DNA from: an uncultured Alphaproteobacteria bacterium
Lineage (GTDB): Bacteria > Pseudomonadota > Alphaproteobacteria > RF32 > CAG-239
Length of the DNA stretch: 64,000 nt
Direction: 5' to 3'
Assembly (NCBI GenBank): GCA_945835885.1
Contig: CAMAJR010000001.1
Coordinates: 7,193 to 71,192, forward strand
The translations under genes and the position numbers were made by a program. Below the pieces are notes generated by a model that had not been told where the DNA came from, did not search any database, and saw only the letters and a list, made by a program, of their open reading frames with translations. This document shows, in pieces, positions 9,562 to 21,265 of this stretch (its first letter is position 1; each line of letters opens with the position of its first letter).

Positions 9562-10433
9562 TATAAAGAAAGTTCCGTCAAGATTTTATGAATGTCGTCC
9601 ATTTGGTCGGCAACCAAAATACCGGCTTCACGCATAATTCGCTTTTTATCGCTGACGGTAACACGACCGCGTGTGATAATGTTTTGTGCATATCCCATAC
9701 GATGTCCGAACGGCAAAGATTCACCGGCAACAAAAGCAACGACCGGCTTTTTGTCAGGCAGAGAATCGTAATATTCGGCGGCCAGTTGCTCGTATGCGTT
9801 ATCCGCTTTTCCGACCAAAACGATTGCCTTGGTTTCGTCATCTTCCATAAAACGCCGCAGCGGTTCGCGAAAGTCCGTGCCGATAATCATATCATCGCCC
9901 AAACCGACAACTGTGGATTGTCCCATTCCGGCTTTGTTGGTTTGTAAAACGGCCTCATAAGTCAGTGTTGACGAGCGTGAAATAATACCAATCGAACCGG
10001 CTTGGTGAATGTTGTCGGGGAAAATTCCCAAACGCGCTTGCTTTGGGGTAATAATCCCAGGTGTGTTCGGGCCGAACATCAGGGTTTTTGAGCCCTTGAG
10101 CATATCGCGAATCTCTAACATGTCGTGCACCGGCACGCCTGATGCGATGGATACGACTAAGCCGATTTCCGCCTCAACCGCTTCTCGCACGGCATTTTTG
10201 ACCGCCATAGCCGGCACAAATAAAACACTGGCATCAAAAGAAAATTGGCGCATAGCATCATGGACATTGTTGAAAACAGGCACGCCGAGATAATTTTCAC
10301 CGGCACGCCCCGGAGATGTTCCAGCTACAATGTTTGTGCCGGTTTCAAGCGAACGTTTAACGTGAAAAGAGGCCTGAATGCCGGTGATTCCTTGGACTAA
10401 AATGCGGCTGTTTTTATCAGCTAAAATAGACAT
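9561..10433 (-). CDS. sucD: succinyl-CoA ligase subunit alpha
   Basis: 290 aa. Strong full-length SucD similarity (ILVQGITG..., GHAGA-like region). Overlaps the sucC stop. Confidence 0.9.
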   Translation of the reverse strand: MSILADKNSRILVQGITGIQASFHVKRSLETGTNIVAGTSPGRAGENYLGVPVFNNVHDAMRQFSFDASVLFVPAMAVKNAVREAVEAEIGLVVSIASGVPVHDMLEIRDMLKGSKTLMFGPNTPGIITPKQARLGIFPDNIHQAGSIGIISRSSTLTYEAVLQTNKAGMGQSTVVGLGDDMIIGTDFREPLRRFMEDDETKAIVLVGKADNAYEQLAAEYYDSLPDKKPVVAFVAGESLPFGHRMGYAQNIITRGRVTVSDKKRIMREAGILVADQMDDIHKILTELSL

Positions 10434-11635
10434 CAGTCGTTCACCTCCATTTGCTCAAGCAGTTTTTCAACGGCTTCCGTTGCGTTTTCGGCAAAAGTAA
10501 CGGTCAATCCGGATTGCTCTAAAATGGCCTTGGCTTCATTTTTGTTTGTGCCCTCAAAACGCACCACGAGCGGCACGGTCAGCCCGACATCTTCACACGC
10601 TTCCAAAATTCCGTCGGCAATCAAATTACAGCGCAAAAAACCGCCGATAATGTTAATCAAAACACCTTCAATGCGCGGGTTGGTCATAATGATTTTAATG
10701 CCGGCGGCGATTTTATCTTTATCGACACCGCCCTTGACATTAAGAGAACAGGCGGTTTCGTAACCCTTATACTTAATGATGTCCATCGCCTCGAGTGCTA
10801 AGCCCTCACCATTGACGATACAACCGATGTTGCCTGAAAATTCATGATATTGAAAGCCGCATTGTTTGGCGCGGCGATGGCGTGTATCTTCTTCAAAATC
10901 TTCGTGCATCAGCACAATGTCGGGATGTCGAAACAGCGCATTGTCATCAAAATTGATTTTGGCATCGAGTGCAATCAGCTTTTTATCGGGTAAAATGCCG
11001 ACCGGATTAATCTCTATCATTTTGGCATCGAGGTTGATAAATGTAAATAAGAGCTTGCCGAAAAAATCGTGAAAACTGCGCAGATATATCTTGTCAAGCG
11101 ACAAAAAATCGAGAATTTGAAGAATCTGTTTGTCGCTGATTCCGACATTATATTCAAGGTTAATGCGCAGAATTTTATTTTTTTCACGTTGTGCCAATTG
11201 GACGATATCTTTGTTGGCGGCGTCTGAAATTAAAAGCGTAATCGCCGGAATCGAACTGTCTATAATCATACCGGCATAAAATAAATGTTTGGCGTCTTCA
11301 TACGTTTCAACATAAACCTTGGTGACCAAACGTCCCTTATCGCCGGTTTGTTCCGTTACCAGACGATTGTTGAGCATTTGCGCGGTTTCATAAGGAATAT
11401 TACTGATTTGTGTGACTTGCCGAATACCACCCTTTGAGCCGGCTTCGTGGTCAATAAAGTGACCGGTGGCACGAGCGCCTGACTGAATTTGCGCTTTGAG
11501 CATCCACGGACCGCGCGACGACAGCGACTGCGCTATGCGCTTTGCTTCGCTCGGCGTGTAAGCAATTCCGCCTTTCGGAACAATAACGCCGTATTGCGCG
11601 AGAATTTTTTTGGCCTGATATTCGTGAATGTTCAT
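10433..11635 (-). CDS. sucC: succinyl-CoA ligase subunit beta
   Basis: 400 aa. MNIHEYQAK N-terminus, ATP-grasp domain and CoA-ligase domain (NIGCIVNGEGLA, NIIGGFLRC). Confidence 0.9.
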   Translation of the reverse strand: MNIHEYQAKKILAQYGVIVPKGGIAYTPSEAKRIAQSLSSRGPWMLKAQIQSGARATGHFIDHEAGSKGGIRQVTQISNIPYETAQMLNNRLVTEQTGDKGRLVTKVYVETYEDAKHLFYAGMIIDSSIPAITLLISDAANKDIVQLAQREKNKILRINLEYNVGISDKQILQILDFLSLDKIYLRSFHDFFGKLLFTFINLDAKMIEINPVGILPDKKLIALDAKINFDDNALFRHPDIVLMHEDFEEDTRHRRAKQCGFQYHEFSGNIGCIVNGEGLALEAMDIIKYKGYETACSLNVKGGVDKDKIAAGIKIIMTNPRIEGVLINIIGGFLRCNLIADGILEACEDVGLTVPLVVRFEGTNKNEAKAILEQSGLTVTFAENATEAVEKLLEQMEVND

Positions 11636-11644
11636 TGCAGTCCT

Positions 11645-12043
11645 CTACTGACAAGCGGCGTATTCTTTAATTTTAGCCACCATCGACAACATACCGTTGC
11701 GACGGCTCGGCGTCAAATTTTCCTCTAATCCGAGTTTAGCAAAAATTTTCGCAATATCAACATTTTTTATTTGTTCGGCGGTTTTGTCATTATAAATCAG
11801 CAAAATGACAGCGATGATACCGCGCACCAAAATCGCGTCGCTGTCGCCCTTAAAGTGATAAAGGCCGTTTTTGATTTCAGGGACTAACCAAACCTGCGAT
11901 TGGCAACCTTGCACTTTCCATTGTTCGATTTTGAACGAATCGTCAAGCGGTTCGAGTTTATGACCTAAATCAATAACGTATTGATACTTCTCTTCCCAAT
12001 TTTCGAAAAACGAAAAGTTTTCTTCCAATTCTGCGATATCCAT
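11645..12043 (-). CDS. sufE: cysteine desulfuration protein SufE
   Basis: 132 aa. Conserved Cys in VQGCQSQVWL, typical of SufE. Confidence 0.75.
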   Translation of the reverse strand: MDIAELEENFSFFENWEEKYQYVIDLGHKLEPLDDSFKIEQWKVQGCQSQVWLVPEIKNGLYHFKGDSDAILVRGIIAVILLIYNDKTAEQIKNVDIAKIFAKLGLEENLTPSRRNGMLSMVAKIKEYAACQ

Positions 12044-12534
12044 TATATAAGCTCCAGCATTTCTTTGGCTTCATCGGTCATTTTATCCGGTGTCCACGCC
12101 GGTTCCCATACCAATTTGACTTCAATTTTGCCAACCCCGGCAACGGTGGCGACCGAATCCGCAACCTGTTGCGGTAAAACGCCGGCAATCGGACAAGTCG
12201 GCGCGGTCAGAGTCATCTCGATAAACAAGTCACCGTTATCGTGTTGGTCAATTTTATAAATCAACCCCATATCATAAACGTTTATCGGAATTTCCGGATC
12301 GGAAACAAGGCGAATCGCTTCAATAATATCAAACATTTTGGCTCTTGGGGTTTCCGAATTGAGTGTTGTTCCGGCATAAGCGATAAAGTCCGGCAATTCT
12401 TCCGGCAATGGTTCTGACAATGTGTCATCGATACTCATAGCTTGTAATAAACGGCTTTCGGTTGCACCGACGGTTTTATCTTCAGTTTCCGATGCAATTT
12501 CGGATGGCAATATTTTTGCTGTTTCGTTTTCCAT
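12043..12534 (-). CDS. sufT: Fe-S assembly protein, DUF59/MIP18 family (SufT-like)
   Basis: 163 aa. DUF59 core (VYDMGLIY...MTLTAPTCP). Located between sufS and sufE. Confidence 0.6.
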   Translation of the reverse strand: MENETAKILPSEIASETEDKTVGATESRLLQAMSIDDTLSEPLPEELPDFIAYAGTTLNSETPRAKMFDIIEAIRLVSDPEIPINVYDMGLIYKIDQHDNGDLFIEMTLTAPTCPIAGVLPQQVADSVATVAGVGKIEVKLVWEPAWTPDKMTDEAKEMLELI

Positions 12535-13757
12535 TATGCGTCCTTAAAAAATTTTTCGGCCTTAAGCAAAGCGCCGATAAGTGCGTCAATATCTTCTTTG
12601 ACGGTATAAAGTCCGAACGAAGCGCGTGCCAGTGAGTTATATCCCATACGGTTGACAATCGGCTGCGCACAATGATGTCCGATACGAACCGCCACATTTT
12701 CTTTGTTGAGAACAAAAGCCAAGTCTTGCGGATGAATTTTCCCGACTGCAAAACTGAATACACCGCCTTTATTTTGTGCCGTGCCGACGATTTTGAGCTG
12801 CGGAACGGTCAAAAGACGAGATTCAGCGTATGCGGTTAGTGCTTCTTCGTGGCGGATAATGTTGTCAAAGCCGAGCGAACGCATATATTTCAACCCTTCG
12901 GCAAGTCCGACGGCTTGCACCGACGCCGGTGTTCCCGCTTCAAACCGAGCCGGAATATCGGCAAAAGTTGTGCGTTCAAAAGTAACATCATCAACCATAT
13001 CTCCGCCAAATTGATACGGTGCCATTGTTTCTAAAATCTCTGCTTTGCCATAAAGCACACCGATACCGGTCGGACCGTAAGTTTTGTGTCCGGAAAACGC
13101 CGCAAAATCACAATCAACATCTTGCACATCAAGCGGATAATGCACAGCATATTGACAGGCATCAATCAGCACTTTTGCGCCGATATTATGAGCGGCGGCG
13201 GTGATTTCTTTTATCGGGAAAACCGTTCCCAAAACATTAGACATACCGGTAACGGCAACCAATTTTGTTTTGTTATTCAGTCGTTTCAAAAACTCTTCTT
13301 TGATAAAATCGCCGGAATCAGAAATCGGAAACACGATGAGCTTAGCGTCTTTTTCAAGGCAAATTTGTTGCCACGGCACTAAATCGGCGTGATGTTCGGC
13401 CTCTGAAATCAGAATCTCGTCGCCGGCTTTGATATTTTGACGCGCCCAAGTTGCCGCCACAAGATTAATCGACTCGGTGGCGTTTCGGGTGAACACGATT
13501 TCGCGTGTCGAACGGGCGTTAAGAAATTGTCGCACGGTTTCGCGCGCCGACTCATACGCTTCCGTAATCGCATCGGCAAAAAAATATGTGCCGCGATGCG
13601 GGTTGGCATAGGCGGTTTCATAAATTTTGCTCATTGCTTGCAAAACACAAAACGGTTTTTGTGCCGAAGCGGCAGAATCCAAAAACGCGACCGGTTTGCC
13701 GTTGACAAGTTCTGAAAAAATCGGAAAATCTTTTCTTATTTTATACACATCAAACAT
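12534..13757 (-). CDS. sufS: cysteine desulfurase SufS
   Basis: 407 aa. Class-V aminotransferase. PLP lysine motif FSGHKTYGPTG. C-terminal catalytic Cys region RIGHHCAQP. Confidence 0.9.
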   Translation of the reverse strand: MFDVYKIRKDFPIFSELVNGKPVAFLDSAASAQKPFCVLQAMSKIYETAYANPHRGTYFFADAITEAYESARETVRQFLNARSTREIVFTRNATESINLVAATWARQNIKAGDEILISEAEHHADLVPWQQICLEKDAKLIVFPISDSGDFIKEEFLKRLNNKTKLVAVTGMSNVLGTVFPIKEITAAAHNIGAKVLIDACQYAVHYPLDVQDVDCDFAAFSGHKTYGPTGIGVLYGKAEILETMAPYQFGGDMVDDVTFERTTFADIPARFEAGTPASVQAVGLAEGLKYMRSLGFDNIIRHEEALTAYAESRLLTVPQLKIVGTAQNKGGVFSFAVGKIHPQDLAFVLNKENVAVRIGHHCAQPIVNRMGYNSLARASFGLYTVKEDIDALIGALLKAEKFFKDA

Positions 13758-13833
13758 CGCAATCCTCTTATTGGCTCATATTTAAACCGCAAAAAAATAT
13801 TTTTCAAGTTTTATGTTGCGGTATGCGGTATTT

Positions 13834-14274
13834 TTATTCTCGATGATAAGGGTGATGATTGATGATGGTTTGAAGGCGATAGATTTGCTCGCACAACACC
13901 GCGCGCATTAAAATATGGGGCAGGGTAAGTTTGCCGAAAGAGAGAATAAGGTCGGCTTTGTCACGGGTAGATTGTAAATGACCGTCGGCACCGCCGATGA
14001 GAAAGCAAATTTCGGAACAGCCGTCGTTGAGCCAGTTTTCGACTTTTGCCGCTAATTCCGAACTCGAAATATTGACACCACGCTCATCCAAAACAATGAC
14101 TTTGGCACCGTGAGGAATCGAACTTTGCAAAAATTTTGCTTCATCTGTTTGGTTGGAATTGTTTTGTTCTTTAATCACGACTTCCCAGCCGGAACGCTTG
14201 ATGTATTCGGCAATAATCGCTGCTTCCGGTGCATTTTTTTTACATTTTCCGATGGCGATAATCGTGGCTTTCAT
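13834..14274 (-). CDS. rlmH: 23S rRNA (pseudouridine1915-N3)-methyltransferase RlmH
   Basis: 146 aa. SPOUT fold. Ends with HPYHRE, characteristic of RlmH. Confidence 0.85.
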   Translation of the reverse strand: MKATIIAIGKCKKNAPEAAIIAEYIKRSGWEVVIKEQNNSNQTDEAKFLQSSIPHGAKVIVLDERGVNISSSELAAKVENWLNDGCSEICFLIGGADGHLQSTRDKADLILSFGKLTLPHILMRAVLCEQIYRLQTIINHHPYHRE

Positions 14275-14278
14275 TTTT

Positions 14279-14521
14279 TTAGTCCTTCAACTTAACGGGG
14301 GCGAATCCGATTTCTTGTTCGGACATTGTTGCCGCGGCGGCAATCGTATATACTGAAGTTGCGGAAACAACAAAATTTTCGGTGTTTTGTTCTATTTGCT
14401 TTTGTAATATCTTCAAACCCAAATTCAGATTTTTCCGATTTATAGGAGTTTGTGCGGAAACATTGGCGGATATCAGCATTATCCCAAATAATGCGGAAAT
14501 GAATTTTGCCGGTTTGAACAT
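14279..14521 (-). CDS. hypothetical small secreted protein
   Basis: 80 aa. Clear signal peptide (ISALFGIMLISANVSA-QT). Inserted between rsfS and rlmH. No recognisable domain. Confidence 0.35.
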   Translation of the reverse strand: MFKPAKFISALFGIMLISANVSAQTPINRKNLNLGLKILQKQIEQNTENFVVSATSVYTIAAAATMSEQEIGFAPVKLKD

Positions 14522-14522
14522 A

Positions 14523-15973
<1,451 letters not shown>

Positions 15974-16033
15974 TTAAGTATCTTTATATAAATAAAGGGG
16001 CATTACGCCCCTTATATTCAACAGAATCAAAGA

Positions 16034-16288
16034 TTATTCGGCAACGACGGAAACGTAAACCTTATCGTTGGCCTTAGTCTTAAATTCAACTTTACCTTCA
16101 GAAGTAGCAAAAATCGTGTGATCTTTACCCAAGCCGACATTCTGTCCCGGATGATATTTTGTTCCGCGTTGACGAATGATGATGTTGCCCGGAATTACCG
16201 CTTCGCCGCCGAACTTTTTAACACCCAAACGACGACCTTCGGAATCACGACCGTTATTGGAGCTACCACCGGATTTCTTATGTGCCAT
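16034..16288 (-). CDS. rpmA: 50S ribosomal protein L27
   Basis: 84 aa. [16 protein letters not shown]... signature. Confidence 0.9.
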   Translation of the reverse strand: MAHKKSGGSSNNGRDSEGRRLGVKKFGGEAVIPGNIIIRQRGTKYHPGQNVGLGKDHTIFATSEGKVEFKTKANDKVYVSVVAE

Positions 16289-16306
16289 AACGTTTTCTCC
16301 TTTTCA

Positions 16307-16606
16307 TTAACCTAAAATATCCGTGATTTTAACAATCGTGATATTTTGTCTGTGACCGTTTTTACGACGATAGTTTTGTCTTCTTTTCTTTTTGAAAACA
16401 ATAACTTTCTTGTCTTTTGCCTGTTTTACAACCAAGGCCTTAACGCTTGCACCCTTAACGAGCGGTGTGCCGATTGTGGAATCAAGCGCTAAAACTTCGT
16501 TAAAAACAACTTCTTTACCTTCTTCACCGGCGATTTTTTCGATTTTTACAACATCACCCGTTGTGACATTGTATTGTTTGCCGCCTGTCTTTATTACTGC
16601 ATACAT
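16307..16606 (-). CDS. rplU: 50S ribosomal protein L21
   Basis: 99 aa. [12 protein letters not shown]... signature. Confidence 0.9.
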   Translation of the reverse strand: MYAVIKTGGKQYNVTTGDVVKIEKIAGEEGKEVVFNEVLALDSTIGTPLVKGASVKALVVKQAKDKKVIVFKKKRRQNYRRKNGHRQNITIVKITDILG

Positions 16607-16726
16607 ATTCTTTCCCTTTAATTTTAAACATAAAGCAATGGCTTGTAATATACATAAGTTTTTGCCGCTGTCAACTATAAAAATAACGATTTTTTAATTT
16701 TTTTACGCTTTACCGAAATCTCTGAT

Positions 16727-16760
16727 AAAAAAACGCCCTCTTTCGAGAGCGTTTTTTTTA
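16727..16760 (-). terminator. hairpin with flanking A/T runs (bidirectional terminator-like)
   Basis: A7-cgccctctttcgagagcg-T8, downstream of the pilin-like gene on the minus strand. Confidence 0.4.
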
Positions 16761-16783
16761 GGTGTCTTATGATTTTAATACTC

Positions 16784-17482
16784 TCAATAATACTTCCAGC
16801 TGACTGCACAAGTTGATTTGTTTGCGCAATTGCAGGCCGTGCGTGCTTGATCAATACGCATCGGAATACCAACCACTGCGTCACCCGGAACAGCGATTCC
16901 GTCGTCTGCACTACCGGTATTTGCCGTTGTTACGGCATTTAAAACTGTGTCTGTTGCTGCAGATTCAGCCGGTGTTTCCATAGTGCCGCCGACATCTACA
17001 CTGGTCAAACCTTCAACGTTATAAACATGCATAGCGAGCAAACCTGAAGAAGAACCCGCACCCCAATCAGAGGTGGCAATTGCTATACAGGCGTCGCGTG
17101 ACATATTAAAGAACGAAAGGATAAATGCACTCTTATCTGTTTCGTCATTCACATAAGACGGGGCAATTTGAACCGGTCCGCCAAACACATTACGGAGAGC
17201 TCCGGTCGGTTTTCCATCACTGTCAACCACAATTAAATCATCCGGCACAATACCCATATCAACGGCCATCGTGTTACCTAAGTTCATATATGTTTGTTGT
17301 TGTGCATACATTGTGCGCGTGTTGGTCACAAACATAGAAATTTGTTCCATAACTTTGTTGGCACGATATTTGGCCATTGCCTTTGAATAACCCGCAATAC
17401 CGCCTACCGACAAAACACCGATAATCGCTAACACACCGAGCATTTCGATCATGGAACGACCTGATTGATTGTTTTTCATCAT
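16784..17482 (-). CDS. type IV pilin-like protein (prepilin-type N-terminal cleavage/methylation motif)
   Basis: 232 aa. N-terminus MMKNNQSG|RSMIEMLGVLAIIGVLSVGGIAG has Gly at -1, Glu at +5 and a hydrophobic helix. C-terminal Cys pairs. Confidence 0.55.
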   Translation of the reverse strand: MMKNNQSGRSMIEMLGVLAIIGVLSVGGIAGYSKAMAKYRANKVMEQISMFVTNTRTMYAQQQTYMNLGNTMAVDMGIVPDDLIVVDSDGKPTGALRNVFGGPVQIAPSYVNDETDKSAFILSFFNMSRDACIAIATSDWGAGSSSGLLAMHVYNVEGLTSVDVGGTMETPAESAATDTVLNAVTTANTGSADDGIAVPGDAVVGIPMRIDQARTACNCANKSTCAVSWKYY

Positions 17483-17595
17483 TATTCTCCTATTAATACA
17501 TTAAGAATTAATACCCCTTGGTATTCTGTTTTAATTATGCCTGAAATTTTGAGTGGTGTCTATTCTGTAAATGGATATATTACTTTTGGCATATC

Positions 17596-17642
17596 AAAAA
17601 AAACGGCTCCCGTATGATTACCTCAAGCATCATACGGGAGCC
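17596..17642 (-). terminator. rho-independent terminator (perfect 14-bp stem)
   Basis: ggctcccgtatgat / atcatacgggagcc with 10-nt loop, preceded on the plus strand by A8 (a T-run on the minus strand). Downstream of the 17647..18018 gene. Confidence 0.55.
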
Positions 17643-17646
17643 TTAA

Positions 17647-18018
17647 TTAATAAGATTTTTTTTCCTCACGGAAAATAACCGGCCGGAACAGCATAGATTC
17701 TGGGTTAAAAGCTTTCTCCTCCGGTTCAAACACCAACAACTTGTTGTCGGCATAACGACGCGAGAGAAGGAGCTCATACCCGTCGGGATAGCGGAAAAAA
17801 CTGCCCGACAAATTGCTCCAAACGAGAGTGTTCTCGGTCTTTTGAACTTGCTCTCCGGTTCTCAAATCAAAAAACTTTCCGTTTTTTTCTTCACACGGAA
17901 CGGTGCGAAGGATATACGGATTTTTGTAATCGCCGATGTGTGGATACATTGTGAGCGAAATCACGGCAGGTACAGTAACCAATGTTACGGCCTTGTCAAT
18001 AGTCTTAATGTGTTTCAT
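17647..18018 (-). CDS. hypothetical protein with N-terminal membrane anchor
   Basis: 123 aa. No recognisable domain. Own terminator. Confidence 0.4.
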   Translation of the reverse strand: MKHIKTIDKAVTLVTVPAVISLTMYPHIGDYKNPYILRTVPCEEKNGKFFDLRTGEQVQKTENTLVWSNLSGSFFRYPDGYELLLSRRYADNKLLVFEPEEKAFNPESMLFRPVIFREEKKSY

Positions 18019-18151
18019 AAGCTATTTTTTTTGTAAATAAATATATGTCCATAATTCTAATCGGACCTAACTTTTAACATTTTTTTTATATTTTGTCAAG
18101 TCATTTTTTGTGAAAATATACACATTACCACACTTATTATATAAAAGTCGG

Positions 18152-20119
18152 TTATTCGATATATTTTTTGACGGCAGCGATAATGTTGTCAACCGTTATC
18201 CCGAAGTGCGCATAAACATCATCGCCTTTGCCGGATGCGCCGAATCCGTCAAGTCCGATAATCGTGCCGTTTTCACCGACATAGCGTTCCCAACCGTAGC
18301 GAGAAGCCGCCTCAACGGCTATCCGCGGTTTGTTGCCGAGGACTTTGTGCTTATATTCTTCCGGTTGTGCGTCAAATAATTCCTGACACGGCATAGATAC
18401 GACATTGATGCCGATATTTTCCTGAGCCAGTTTTTTCTGTGCTTCAACCGCTAAAGAAACCTCGGTTCCGGTAGCAATTACGGTCGCTTTGACGTTGCCT
18501 TGTGTTTCAGAAATAATGTAGCCGCCTTTGGCTGTTAGGTTCTCGCCGGTTGTCCAACGCAAAGTCGGCACATTTTGGCGCGATAAGGCCAAAATGCTCG
18601 GCGTATGTTCGCTTTCAATCGCAATTTGCCAAGCTTCCGCCGTTTCTACTACATCGCACGGACGAAAAGTGTTGATGTTCGGCATTGCACGATAGGCCGC
18701 CAAATGTTCGATTGGCTGGTGTGTCGGTCCGTCTTCGCCGACACCGATGGAATCGTGTGTTAAAACATAAATTGAACGCACGCCCATTAAGGCCGCTAAA
18801 CGCATTGACGGACGCATATAGTCGGAGAATACGAAAAATGTGCCGCCGTAAGGAATAACGCCGCCGTGCAGACTCAAACCGTTCATAATCGCACCCATCG
18901 CGTGTTCTCTGATGCCATACATAATGTTATTGCCGTTATAGTCAACGGCCGTAATGGTTTTCATCCCCTCAACAAATGTCAAATTGGAGGCCGCTAAATC
19001 AGCCGAACCGCCGATGATTTGCGGAACATTCGGCACAATAGCTTCCAAGCACATTTGCGAGGCCTTGCGTGTTGCTGCTTTGGTTTGTTCGCGAATCGAT
19101 GAAAGTTTCAGTTCATGAAGATTTTTGTTCCAATTTTGCGGCAACACATTATTTATATGATTCATAAATTCAGAATCGGCAGCGGCTGCTTTTTGCCATG
19201 TATCATATAATGCCGCCGATTTTTGTCCTGCCGCGCGCCACGCTGCGACAATTTCTGCCGGTGTTTCAAACGGGGCGGCCGTCCAGCCGAAGTTTTTCTT
19301 CATCGCGTCTAATTCTTCTTGTCCGAGAGGCGAACCGTGAACTTTTGAGGTGCCGCACTTGGTCGGAGCGCCGAATCCTATGGTGGTTTTGCAGGCAATC
19401 AATGTCGGCTTATCCGACTTTTGAGCACTTTCTATTGCCGCTGAAATTTCATCATAGTTATGACCGTCGATGCTGACAGTATTCCAACCGACAGCCTTAA
19501 AACGAGCGATTTGGTCAGTGCCGTTTGCTTTGTCAACCGTGCCGTCAATTGTGATGTTGTTGTTATCCCACAGCACAATCAATTTGTTGAGTTTCCATAA
19601 GCCGGCTAAAGAGATTGCTTCTTCGGAAATACCTTCCATCAGACAACCGTCGCCGCAAATAACATAAGTGTAATGATTGCATAAATCGTTGCCGAATTTG
19701 GCGTTAAGCACGCGTTCGGCCAAGGCCATGCCAACGGCGGAAGAAATACCTTGTCCCAAAGGACCTGTTGTCATATCGATACCGCTTAAATGCCCGTATT
19801 CCGGATGACCGGCGGTTTTGGCACCGAGTTGACGGAAGTTTTTAATGTCATCAAGAGAGATGTCGGGATAACCCATAAAATATAAAAGAGAATATAAGAG
19901 CATTGAACCGTGCCCCGCCGATAACACAAAACGGTCGCGGTTAAACCACTTTGGTGCGGATGGATTAACGTGCAGATATTTGCCGAATAAAACCGTTGCC
20001 ACATCAGCCATACCGAGCGGCATTCCCGGATGTCCGGATTTTGCTTTTTCGATGGCTTCGGCGCTCAACACGCGCAAAGCGGTTGCCATTTGTTGCAGTT
20101 TTTGATTGGTTAAGCTCAT
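18152..20119 (-). CDS. tkt: transketolase
   Basis: 655 aa. TPP-binding N-terminus (SGHPGMPLGMADVA), GDGCLMEG motif, full-length transketolase architecture. Confidence 0.9.
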   Translation of the reverse strand: MSLTNQKLQQMATALRVLSAEAIEKAKSGHPGMPLGMADVATVLFGKYLHVNPSAPKWFNRDRFVLSAGHGSMLLYSLLYFMGYPDISLDDIKNFRQLGAKTAGHPEYGHLSGIDMTTGPLGQGISSAVGMALAERVLNAKFGNDLCNHYTYVICGDGCLMEGISEEAISLAGLWKLNKLIVLWDNNNITIDGTVDKANGTDQIARFKAVGWNTVSIDGHNYDEISAAIESAQKSDKPTLIACKTTIGFGAPTKCGTSKVHGSPLGQEELDAMKKNFGWTAAPFETPAEIVAAWRAAGQKSAALYDTWQKAAAADSEFMNHINNVLPQNWNKNLHELKLSSIREQTKAATRKASQMCLEAIVPNVPQIIGGSADLAASNLTFVEGMKTITAVDYNGNNIMYGIREHAMGAIMNGLSLHGGVIPYGGTFFVFSDYMRPSMRLAALMGVRSIYVLTHDSIGVGEDGPTHQPIEHLAAYRAMPNINTFRPCDVVETAEAWQIAIESEHTPSILALSRQNVPTLRWTTGENLTAKGGYIISETQGNVKATVIATGTEVSLAVEAQKKLAQENIGINVVSMPCQELFDAQPEEYKHKVLGNKPRIAVEAASRYGWERYVGENGTIIGLDGFGASGKGDDVYAHFGITVDNIIAAVKKYIE

Positions 20120-20131
20120 TATTATTCTCCT

Positions 20132-21265
20132 TTATATTTTTTCAAAATATGCGACCAGTTCAAAATGCTCGCTGTGAACAAACTGGTCGACCATGGTTAC
20201 TTCTTTTAAATGATAGCCGCCGGCGATAAGCGTATTTGCATCATTGACAAATGTGCGCGGATTACACGAAATTGCAACAATTTTTTGCGGCTTATCCGCC
20301 TGATTTGCAGCAGCAATTTCTTTTGTTTGCGCATCGGCACCGGCTCGCGGCGGGTCTAAAACGATTGCATTAAATGCTTTCAGCTCGGTTGCGTCCAAAG
20401 GATATTTAAACAAATTTTTTTGCACAATATCGATGTTTGGAATTGTCAATGCATTCACGGTTTGGCGAAAACCGGCCAACAGCTCCGGTGACGAATCAAC
20501 GGCCGTTATTTTGTTTTTGATGTTGGCAGACAACGGATACGAAAAAGTGCCGACCCCGCAAAATAAATCAGCGATGTTGCCGCTTGTTTCGCCGACATAT
20601 CGCAACACTAAAGCAATAAGTGCGTTTTGACCTTCTTGCGACGGTTGCAGGAAGGTTCCTGCCGGAATAAAAACATTGCGGCCGGATATGTCTATGACCG
20701 GTTTGGCTTTTTCGATAATCGTTTCCGGTGTTTGATTTTTTGCGCCTGACGATACACGCACGATTTCCGGTGCAGCATTGGCAAACTCGCAAATTTCCAT
20801 ACGATGTTCCAATGTGATTTTACCGTCAATTTCAAGCAATACATCAATGCCGTTGGCGGCTTCGGTTAACCGGATTTCGCCTTGTGTGATTTGTGCGGTT
20901 ATGAATTTGTTTTTGATTTTTTCGGTTGTTTTGATGGCGCAAAAACGCTCTAAAAATGCTCGAATCGAGGTGAGTGCGATATTGAGTTTTGCGGTTAGAG
21001 CCACACATTTTTCCACATCGACAATATCGTGGCTTTGTGCTGCATTAAAGCCCAAAAGCACACGTCCTTTTTTGTATTGAAACGTCAATTCGGCACGTCG
21101 CCGACAGCCGTCCGCCACAAAAACCGGTTCACCGAATCGAATATTTTGTTGTCGAATTGCCGCAACAATATGTTCAAATTTTTCTATTTTGTGCCGCCGA
21201 TAAGACGCTTCATCTAAAGTGCGCAAAGGACAGCCGCCGCAGATGTTTTGATACGGACAACTCAT
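20132..21265 (-). CDS. rlmD: 23S rRNA (uracil-5)-methyltransferase RlmD/RumA-family, Fe-S cluster type without obvious TRAM domain
   Basis: 377 aa. N-terminal Cys cluster MSCPYQNICGGCPLR. SAM motifs DLFCGVGTFS and DPPRAGA. Confidence 0.7.
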   Translation of the reverse strand: MSCPYQNICGGCPLRTLDEASYRRHKIEKFEHIVAAIRQQNIRFGEPVFVADGCRRRAELTFQYKKGRVLLGFNAAQSHDIVDVEKCVALTAKLNIALTSIRAFLERFCAIKTTEKIKNKFITAQITQGEIRLTEAANGIDVLLEIDGKITLEHRMEICEFANAAPEIVRVSSGAKNQTPETIIEKAKPVIDISGRNVFIPAGTFLQPSQEGQNALIALVLRYVGETSGNIADLFCGVGTFSYPLSANIKNKITAVDSSPELLAGFRQTVNALTIPNIDIVQKNLFKYPLDATELKAFNAIVLDPPRAGADAQTKEIAAANQADKPQKIVAISCNPRTFVNDANTLIAGGYHLKEVTMVDQFVHSEHFELVAYFEKI

